This document shows, piece by piece, positions 51,110-64,000 of a stretch of 64,000 nucleotides of DNA. Numbering within the stretch: the stretch's first letter is position 1; every line of letters starts with the position of its first letter. The translations under genes were made by a program, and so were the position numbers. Under the pieces are notes generated by a model. It was not told the origin of the DNA. It saw only the letters and a program-made list of their open reading frames with translations, and searched no databases. This stretch comes from Eledone cirrhosa (lineage: Eukaryota): positions 37,324,001 through 37,388,000 of the forward strand of contig OZ024741.1 in NCBI GenBank assembly GCA_964016885.1. Direction: 5' to 3'.

Positions 51110-51388
51110 GGGGGTCACGTCTGGTTTAGTCGTGCATGTATATGTGTATATGTGTGTGACGTGACGTCATTAGAAGGTGTGCAGAAAGAACGCTATACAA
51201 TATGGCGGTGTTGCTAGTCGTAAACATCTTTTTTAACCTATTCCTTGTCCTTCTTCTTACTTAACTTCTTTTTCTTCCTTCTCCTTCTTACTTAACTTCT
51301 TTTTGCTTCCTCCACCTCCTTCTTCTTTTTCCTCCTCCTACTTTTATCGTCTGGGTTCAGTCATTGAGGAGTGGTGGAAGTGGTAAGC
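51110..51388 (+). promoter_or_regulatory. Candidate Pol II promoter and first exon
   Basis: CRE TGACGTCA at 51162; YY1-like AATATGGCGG at 51199; pyrimidine-rich leader; donor G|GTAAGC at 51383. Confidence 0.4.
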
Positions 51389-51645
51389 GTGTGTGTAATG
51401 GTGCGTTTTGATATGTATATATATGTATTATATATACATACAATGCGTTGGTGTAGCTTATGTGTATGTATATACATATACATATTTCACTCTATCTATC
51501 AACCCCCTTCCCCCTCTATATATATATATATATATATATTTGTGTATATACGGTGTTAATGTCTATATTAAAAAACTCAGTTTATCAGTTTGTATATAAA
51601 TATATACAATTAATATATATGTATGTATATAAGTATATATATATA

Positions 51646-51681
<36 letters not shown>

Positions 51682-52455
51682 ATAGATATGTGTGTGCGAT
51701 ACATGTAAGGGCACTGAAGTATCCTTTGCATATAGAAAATAAGTTACACACAGACACACAGTTACAATGTGAGAGACAAAATATTAGACACACACACCTA
51801 ATAACTGAACACGCGCCCACAAGCGAACGAACACACACACAAAAGACAGACATATAGAAAAATACATAGACACAAGGATATACAGCCCGATACATATACA
51901 AAGGCACAGACACACACATACACAAACAGTGAGATAGACACATAAACAAACAGAGCCACACACACACATACAAACAAGTAGCAGCAGCAGCCATTAACAA
52001 GCCTTAGTGTGTTTGGAATTGACTCCAGTCAGCGGAGAAATCGGTCAACCGTGAAAAGAAAAATAGCAAAACTGCGAGAGAAAGAGAAAAGAGGAAAAAA
52101 AGCAGCGAGTGAAAGGGGTAAAAAAATTATTATTGTTGTTTATAATTTTTGTAAGGCTTGTTGATGGAGGCGGCGGTGATGTCGATTAAATGGTCGTGGT
52201 TGAGTGGCTCTCGTTGTACAACACCACCCTAGCGTGGGGACTAAATAGATGTTACTTGGCCAGGGAACACCCATATCATTTCAGATTTACCATACAAACA
52301 CAATACATGATTACACAGACATACACATACAAACGTGTGTATTATTTATATAAATATATATAGATATAATTTTATTATAGCTGTGAAGGCAAACTTAGTG
52401 ACTCGAGGGTCAGGCGTTTCGTGGCTTAATGCATTTATTCCAAACTACACACACA

Positions 52456-52516
<61 letters not shown>

Positions 52517-52549
52517 TAATGTGTGTGTAGTAATATATATATATATTAC

Positions 52550-52596
52550 TTTCCTGATGATTCCCTTCGAATGAAACAGTTCTAGTCCTGTAGAAG
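52550..52596 (+). ncRNA. Type I hammerhead-like motif between (TA)n tracts
   Basis: TTTC-CTGATGA-TTCCCTTCGAAT-GAAACAG ttctagtc CTGTA-GAAG. Confidence 0.65.
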
Positions 52597-52699
52597 CCAT
52601 ATCTATATTAAACATATATATATATTATATATATATTTATATATTGTAAAAACAAAACAGTGCTCAATCTGGTGTGAGAGCTGATATATATTATTTATG

Positions 52700-52840
52700 T
52701 TATATTATTTATGTTCATACACGGAACAAAAGGCGCTACCTGCAATTTCACGGTCCAATTATGACCATCTCTACAGAATGGACCTTGAAACCTTTAGTTA
52801 CGCTTTTTGGTCAGTGTATGAACATAAATAAATAATATAA
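52700..52840. mobile_element. Small inverted-repeat element (MITE-like)
   Basis: TTATTTATGTTCATACAC...GGCG versus CGCT...GTGTATGAACATAAATAA. Confidence 0.5.
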
Positions 52841-53234
52841 ATATATATATGTATATATATATATATATATAAATTTAATGCTTTCACTCATTCGACTGCG
52901 GCCGTTCACGGGCACAGACTTGATTTAGTCAATTATAACAACCCTATTACTTACTTTTTTAAGTCTTTTACTTATTTTATCAATCTTATTTTTTGTCGAA
53001 CCGTTATATTACGGGAAGTAAACGTAGGCACACACACACACACACATATATATATATTATACGACGGGCTTCTGTAGTTTTTGTTAATACGGGGACATAG
53101 AAGTCATTTGCCCAAGTTGCACAGCAGGACTGAACCCAAAACCACATTGTAGTGAAGCGAACGTTATGTGTGTATATATATATATATATTCGATAAGCTT
53201 CGTCTCTTAATTATATATATACGTGTATGTGTGT

Positions 53235-53284
<50 letters not shown>

Positions 53285-53285
53285 A

Positions 53286-53370
53286 CTGCCTTTCATCCTT
53301 ACGGGGTCGATAAAATAAAGTACCAGTAATGTACTGTGTATTTGCTGGCCTTGTGCCAAAAGTAGAAACG

Positions 53371-53372
<2 letters not shown>
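53286..53372 (+). mobile_element. 5'-truncated Nin-domain SINE in (TA)n
   Basis: GCCTTTCATCCTTACGGGGTCGATAAA...AGAAACGATT. Confidence 0.85.
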
Positions 53373-53469
<97 letters not shown>

Positions 53470-53907
53470 GTGTGCGTGTGTATGCACATGTTTGTGTGTG
53501 CACATATATATATGTGTGTGTACACATATATGTATATGTGTGTACATATATGTATATATGTGTGCATATATATGTATGTATATGCATATAATGCGACGAA
53601 GAGGCAGAGTCGTTACAATGAAGGATAAATTGCTCAGCGGTACTAAATTCCAGTTCGCTGTTCTCCGAGTTCAAATCACGCCGTGGTCATATTTGCCTTT
53701 CATCATTCCGATGTCGATAAAACCTAGTACTGCAGTCGATTCTTCCACTACTCTTTCTTAATTCCTCTCTGTCACTCTTTCCTCACCGTGGAAGAAATTA
53801 GCCATATACATAGCAGAAAAGGGGATCGTGTCCGCCAGTTTTATGCAAAATGCCCTAGAAATGCCGTGACTCTACCAGGAGCTGGGGTCGATATATATAT
53901 ATATATG

Positions 53908-53991
<84 letters not shown>

Positions 53992-54066
53992 CAGATTAAA
54001 GTTTAAGCAATATCCTTATCGAGTCCTCTTTGGATTTTAGTCTTCACATTTATTATTATTACTATA

Positions 54067-54159
<93 letters not shown>

Positions 54160-54311
54160 ATTTATATATATATATATATATGCAAAGTGGTGCTATTAAG
54201 TTAGACATGACCTGGCCAATACTGGCCGAAACGGTTTCGGCGAAACCTACCAAAGTTATTAAAGTTATATCATCATCATCATTTTACGTCCGCTTTACCT
54301 TACATGTATAT

Positions 54312-54355
<44 letters not shown>

Positions 54356-54382
54356 ATATATAATATATATATATATATATTG

Positions 54383-54421
<39 letters not shown>

Positions 54422-54468
54422 ATATATAATATATATATATATACAATATATATAATATATATATATAT

Positions 54469-54525
<57 letters not shown>

Positions 54526-54528
<3 letters not shown>

Positions 54529-54966
54529 AGTGGGGAGACCCAAGATGACCTGGGATGAGGTGATAAAAGCCGACCTTACCCAATTACACCTCTCAAAGAC
54601 AATGACACACGACCGTGACTTCTGGCGTCACGCAGTAATACAGAGTACCCGACCTCCCATGGGTACATGCTGAAGCATATAAACAATATGCCCCCACACC
54701 CCCACCGCAAGGTGGTCGTGGAGGTGCCACGGCAAAAAAGCACCCAGCCCACACTGTAAAGTGGACGTGTAGGCGCCACGAAAAAGCACCCAGCACTCAC
54801 TGCAAATGAGGTTGGTGTTAGGAAGGGCATCCAGCTGTAGAAATCAAGCCAGATCAGTTCCTGTATGAGCAAGGCATGGTCAGCCGACCAGACACTGCAT
54901 ACAACAGGACAACCCGTCTAATCCATGCTAGCGTGGAAGAACGGACGTAAAACGGTGATGATGATA
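54526..54966 (+). mobile_element. RTE 3' end (related subfamily) with (GAT)n tail, in (TA)n
   Basis: GRPKMTWDEVIKADL...; 3'UTR homologous to 4530-5054. Confidence 0.88.
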
Positions 54967-55002
54967 TGTATATATATATACATATATATATTCATTTTTT
55001 TT

Positions 55003-55230
55003 TCATTTTTACGTCCGTTTTTCCCTGCTTGCAAGGGTTTGACAGGAACTGATTCTGGCATGATTTCTACAATTTGCAGTGGAATGATATGGACCCCAGC
55101 TGAGTAAACTGAGTAAAATGTGAAGTAAAGTGTCTTGCTCAAGGAAATAACACATCACCCAGGCTGAGAATTGAACTCACAACATGTCGATTGCAAGGCC
55201 AATGCTCTAACCACTAAGCCATGTGCCTCC
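55003..55230 (-). mobile_element. CORE-type SINE with RTE-derived tail
   Basis: tRNA-like head (TGGCTTAGTGG, GAGTTCAATTC), CORE-like segment; same family as 5252. Confidence 0.8.
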
Positions 55231-56943
<1,713 letters not shown>

Positions 56944-57142
56944 TTCGTTTCTGAATTTGTTTAGCAAGATTCTTTATCTGAAATCGTGTGTTGAAACCGA
57001 TATTGTTATACTTTGGGAGGGTCATGTTGCCAATAAGAAACACACGCACCAGTTGCTTTCACTTCAATTTAATTTATTAAATATTTATAAATTTCTGGTT
57101 GGTTGGTTGGTTCCACAACCAGATAGTTGTTTATATATATAT

Positions 57143-57187
57143 AGTCATAGTTCTTTCGTCACACACTCTGTGACCTCTTCAGTGACT
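57143..57187 (-). ncRNA. Type I hammerhead in the 3' pseudo-LTR of a PLE
   Basis: AGTCA-CTGAAGA-G-GTCAC agagtgt GTGAC-GAAAGAACTA-TGACT; AATAAA about 65 nt downstream. Confidence 0.8.
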
Positions 57188-57492
57188 GGGGATTTCTTTC
57201 TTCGTTTCTGTGCCTTTCCTTTCTTCTATCCTACGCCATTTTGTTTGTGTGTGGGTTGCGTGCTCAGTTTGCGCATGCGCCACATCCGGGTGTCTGTGTG
57301 TGTTTGTGTTCATTTTTCTATTTTTCTATATATATTTTTCTATTTGTTTGTTTATTTATTTATTTATTGTTGGTTGGTTGTTTGTTCTATGTGTGTGTGT
57401 GTTTTCATTTTGTCTTGTGTGTGTTTTCATTTTGTGTGTGTTTTCAATTGTAAGTTGTTTGTTCTATGTGTGTGTGTGTTTTCATTTTGTCC

Positions 57493-58012
57493 TTAATTGT
57501 AAGTTGTGATGTTGCTGTTCCACTCATATTTTCTATTTAATTTTGGTTTTAATTCTTTTATGCTTACTGCCTCTGTAATTTGCCTAAACATTGCGTCTTT
57601 CTTGTGTGTGGATTCTATTTTTATTTCTATGCTCTCTAATTTACCCCTGTGTTCTATCTTAGCATGTTGGTAGAGCACAGATGATTCTTTACTATCTTGG
57701 AGGTCTCGCCAGTGTTCATTTATTCGTTCCCCTATACTACGAGCTGTCTCACCTATGTACACTATATTTTTGTTTCTACATTGTCCTTCAGTACATCTTA
57801 TGCTATATACTACATTTCTAGTTTTACAGTTAATATGGGGGCTTATTTTACAGGTTATACATTTCTTATCTATACATGAGGGTCTTTGGAACGGGTATGT
57901 CTTGCTAATAAGTGTTTTTACGGAGGTACCAGGTCTTTCTACTATCTTAATATTGAGATTATGTTTCTTTAGGGCCCTTCTAAATTTGTAGGCTAGTTCG
58001 CCTCTAGTTGCT
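57493..58012 (-). pseudogene. PLE linker and GIY-YIG endonuclease (Nematis-like), 5'-truncated
   Basis: IKIVERPG...CIDKKCITC...CKTRNVVYSIRC...YIGETARSIGERINEH...RQITEAVSI...LNRKYEW. Confidence 0.88.
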
Positions 58013-58050
58013 GGGCCTCTATTCTATTATGCTTCTTGCTATACTGTTCT

Positions 58051-58760
58051 AGAACAGTATAGCAAGAAGCATAATAGAATAGAGGCCCAGCAACTGGGAG
58101 AAGAATCTGCAAATGGCTTGCGTAAGCTCATGCAGCGCTCGCGTAATGGAGAGATAGCATGCTTTCCAACAGACAAGTCTGGCAGAATGTCGGTTGACAG
58201 CCTGCCAAACTACATCCAGGCAATGCAACCCCACATCACTAACACAAGAGAGGTAACACCACAGGAGCATGAGGATAGAGAAAAAACCCTCAATGCCCAT
58301 ATGGTGATGTGGACGAATATAATGCAGCCCAACAAAAGGACTGCCAACAACTTCCAGGCCTGGAACAATGACGTGCCGGCGTTGTATGGGCTTCGTAAAG
58401 ACCATAAAACGGGCTGGGACCCTGTCGCGGGACCACCAACACGGCCAGTCTGTGGGGCTAACATTGCTAGTAACTACAGACTGTCCTACTTCCTCTCCCT
58501 GATCATACGCCTCATCATTGAGATGTCCCCAGATGTGTGTGACAGCACGGAGGACCTCCTCAGCAGAATCGGCGCGGGTAACCGATCTGGGGACCTAACA
58601 AACTGCATAATAGGCAGTATGGATGTTGTGTCCCTGTATCCATCTATTGACGTGGATTTTGCTGTGGAGAAATGCGTCGAAATGATCAGCGAGAGCAAGG
58701 TTGAGTTCCGTGGGATTGATACCAGTGAGCTGGGACTTCTACTTAAGCTTACCCATAGTA
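58051..58760 (+). pseudogene. N-terminal part of a PLE reverse transcriptase, inverted relative to its endonuclease
   Basis: PTDKSG, LYGLRKDHK, PTRPVCGA, DSTEDLL, GSMDVVSLYPSID. Confidence 0.9.
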
Positions 58761-59079
58761 AGGACGCTGGGACACCATGTGCGTTCAACAACACATTTTC
58801 TCTTAGTCTTCCTAAGTATTTTGAATTTCTGGATACCTGCAGCTGAGCACAGAAATGGAATTTTCACTTATTGTTGCAAAACAGATTTAAGTTTTGAAAT
58901 TTAAATTTGTCCAGGTATCACGGCTATTGCCAATATGGGTTTGTTTTTATTGATTTATTATTTTAAATCGAGCCAGGCAAACTGTATTAATTTAATTAGT
59001 ATTTTTCAATCTAGCTAACTTGGTCATTTGCAATACAAACACTTATGTACTTGTATTAGTGTTTATCATATATTAATTT

Positions 59080-60706
<1,627 letters not shown>

Positions 60707-60959
60707 TCATCATCATCATCATCATCAACGTTTAACATCCGTGTTCCACGCTTGCATGGGTTTGGACGGGGGTAGTCCCACTTGAGGCAAGAGTGATTGT
60801 CTTGCTCGCATAGGACTGTCTGGCAGGTTTTCTACAGTTGGATGCCCTTCCTAACACCAACCACATTTACAGTGTGGGTCTGGGAGGTTTTTACCGTGTT
60901 GCCTACACAGCCACATTACAGCGTGGACTGTGTGTTTTTTTGTCGTGACACCTACACGA
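60707..60959 (-). mobile_element. RTE 3'UTR fragment with (GAT)n tail, in (TA)n
   Basis: Reverse complement of about 4800-5054. Confidence 0.95.
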
Positions 60960-60972
60960 ATATATATATATT

Positions 60973-61041
<69 letters not shown>

Positions 61042-61066
61042 ATATATATTATATGTATATATGATG

Positions 61067-62356
61067 ATTCCAAACATGGAAGCATGTCCTAGAATGAAAA
61101 GGCTTTAAAAAGTTAACTTGTCTAAGACTAAAGTTCTAGTTTGTAGGAAGGAAAATAGGGCACCGGTCCCATCTGGGAAATGGCCATGCTCAGTGTGTAG
61201 GAAAGGAGTAGGTAGAAACTCTATTTTATGTCCAAAATGCAAAGTATGGGTAAATAAAAGATGTAGTGGGATCACAGGTAATCTAACTAAGAATATAGAT
61301 TTTATATGTGGCGGGGGCTCTGGTGCAATAAGTAGCAGCAAGTGCCCACAGAATACTAACTCATTCCATTGCACAGATGGTTCTATAGAAATAGTGGACA
61401 GCTTCCGTTACCTGGGTGACAAAATCAGCAGTGGTGGAGGGTGCTCTGAAAGTACAGTAGCTAGAGTCAGAACGGGATAGAAAAAGTTCAGAGAGCTTAT
61501 ACCACTATTGGCCGCTAAAGGGTTCTCTCTAAAAATGAAAGGCAGGCTGTCTGATGCCTGCATAGAAACAGCAATGTTACATGGCAGTGAGACCTGGGCA
61601 TTGTGTGCAGAGGATATACGCAGACTGGAGAGAAACGAAGCTTGCATGCTCCGCTGGATGTGTAATAGTAATATACGTGAACGGCAAAGCATAAACGAAC
61701 TAAGGGAGAAATTAGAAATAAGAGGGATCAGATGTTGTTTACTCGAGAGAAGACTACGTTGGTATGGTCACGTGATGCGCATGAAAGACGACAGCTGTAT
61801 AAAAAAGTGCAGGGCAATAAAAATAGACGAAGTAGGCAGACCCAGAAAAACCCGGGACGACTTCATAAATTCCGACCTCACACACTTAGACCTCTCCAAG
61901 ACAATGTCACTAAACTGAGATCTTTGGCGCTACACAGAAATAGAGAAGACCCGCCTTACCTAAGTGCAAAGTGAAACCTACTACAGTCAGTAGGCACCTC
62001 TAACAAAATAAACCCCGTCCCACTACCCCCACCCCATCCACACCACACCTTTCAATGTAAAGTTATGTTGGTACCACAACATCCAGCTCGAAACAAATGA
62101 GGTCGTGTAGGTGTCACGAAAAAAAAACACACAGTCCACGCTGTAATGTGGCCGTGTAGGTAACACGGTAAAAACCTCCCAGTTCCACACCGTAAATGTG
62201 GTTGGTGTTAGGAAGGGCATCCAGCCGTAGAAAACCCGCCAGACAGTCCTATGCGAGCAAGACAACCACTCTTACCACAAGTGGGAAAACTCCAGTCCTA
62301 ACCCATGCGAGCGTGGAATATGGACGTTAAACAATGATGATGATGATGATGATGAT
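61067..62356 (+). mobile_element. 5'-truncated RTE copy with stops
   Basis: Homologous to about 3757-5054. Confidence 0.96.
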
Positions 62357-62383
62357 ATGTATATATATATATATATATGTATA

Positions 62384-62428
<45 letters not shown>

Positions 62429-62453
62429 GTATATATATATGTATATATATATG

Positions 62454-62495
<42 letters not shown>

Positions 62496-62504
62496 TGTAT
62501 ATAT

Positions 62505-62694
62505 CACGATAAATTAACGGAGGCATAGGCCGTCGTTATTCCCTGTAAATAATGTGCTCAAAGGGGAAGAGATCCTGAGCCCTTTAAAATATAATATGTT
62601 GAGAAGGTAAAACACCAGAGAGAGATATATAGTGCGTTATTGATAACGCACTATATATCTCTCTCTGGTGTGTTACCTTCTCAACATATTATAT
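62505..62694. mobile_element. Probable PLE fragment ending in a hairpin with 52-bp arms
   Basis: [11 protein letters not shown] resembles an endonuclease C-terminus; arms 62589-62640 and 62643-62694. Confidence 0.55.
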
Positions 62695-62702
62695 ATATGT
62701 AT

Positions 62703-63165
62703 ATCATCATCATCATCATCATCAACGTTTAACGTCCGTGTTCCACGCTTGCTTGGGTTTGGACGGGGGTAGTCCCACTTGAGGCAAGAGTGATTGTCTT
62801 GCTCGCATAGGACTGTCTGGCAGGTTTTCTACAGTTGGATGCCCTTCCTAACACCAACCACATTTACAGTGTGGGTCTGGGAGGTTTTTACCGTGTTGCC
62901 TACACAGCCACATTACAGTGTGGACTGTGTGTTTTTTTGTCGTGACACCTACACGATCTCATTTGTTTCGGCCTGGATGGTGTGGCACCAACATAACTTT
63001 ACATAGAACGGGATGGTGTGGATGGGGGGGGGGGTATTTTGTTAGAGATGCCTACTGGCTGTAGTAGGTTTTACTATGTATTTAGGTAAGGCGGGTCTTC
63101 TCTGTTACTGAGTACCGCCAAACGTCTCGGTCCAGTGACATTGTCTTGGAGAGGTGTAAGTGTGT
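62703..63165 (-). mobile_element. RTE 3' fragment with (GAT)n tail, in (TA)n
   Basis: Reverse complement of about 4577-5054. Confidence 0.95.
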
Positions 63166-63284
63166 AAGTATATATATGTATATATATATATATATATGTA
63201 TATATATGGAAAAAAAAAAAATATATATATATATATATGTATATATATGGAAAAAAAAAAAATATATATATATATATATGTATA

Positions 63285-63353
<69 letters not shown>

Positions 63354-63358
63354 GTATA

Positions 63359-63399
<41 letters not shown>

Positions 63400-63459
63400 G
63401 TATATATATGTATATATATGTATATATATATATATATATTTATTAAAATAACAGATTAA

Positions 63460-63510
63460 AGTTTAAGCAAAGAATCGCTGCTTTCACCCTTAACGGGATC
63501 TTCTGAAACT
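63460..63510 (-). ncRNA. Type I hammerhead variant (CAGAAGA core, CUU triplet)
   Basis: AGTTT-CAGAAGA-TCCC gttaa GGGT-GAAAGCA gcgattctt TGCTT-AAACT; AATAAA at 63439-63444. Confidence 0.7.
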
Positions 63511-64000
63511 AACAAAGTCAATCTGTAAACGCAGAACTGGATATTTCAAAAAACGTTGCAACCGGAGGAAGACAGGAAGACGATACTTTGGTTCGTGGTA
63601 ACGTTCGCTGGCAAAGAACGGGAAAAAACGAATAATACGTCATTAATAGAAGCGGTGAAAACAATTACGCGCAAAGACAGAACCACGTTTATGGTATAAA
63701 AGAGGTCGTAGACTAATGTTCTCTTAGGTGGTGCATAGAGACGTTCTCTGGCAATGAGCGAAAAAACGAAGATAATAAGTCATATGTGGAGCGTGGAGAA
63801 CAATAGCACGCAAAGACAAAACCACGTAAATGCTATAGCAGAAGTCGTAGACTAAAATTCTAACTAGGAGACCGAATAAATACAATACAGAAGTAATAGA
63901 AACAAATAAATACATACACGCAAACAGATACGTACATACACAAGCCCTCTTTGGATTTTAGTCTTCAATTTTAATATTATTACTATATATATATATATAT

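Overview
Eukaryotic, AT-rich, almost entirely repeat-derived DNA; the SINE and LINE content suggests a cephalopod, probably Octopus (inference). No host protein-coding gene can be supported, and most ORF-track entries are translations of microsatellites or minisatellites. The window holds one near full-length RTE-clade LINE (APE endonuclease, RT and an embedded PHD-type finger) plus truncated copies, all sitting in (TA)n. It also holds fragments of at least three Penelope-like element (PLE) lineages and about 14 hammerhead-ribozyme (HHR) motifs. Several of these HHRs have recurrent non-canonical cores: U3-A8, U-U at the base of stem II with an NUU triplet, and U4A. Other content: fold-back palindromes at PLE junctions; a five-element nested insertion whose inner LTR element has a 32-nt tRNA-Trp PBS mismatched exactly opposite A58; many Nin-domain and CORE SINEs; MITEs and a Helitron; a 9-kb ~90-bp minisatellite; a 2.2-kb 21-bp minisatellite with a 945-bp higher-order duplication; and one candidate promoter/first exon. 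All calls are by eye; no searches or folding programs were run.
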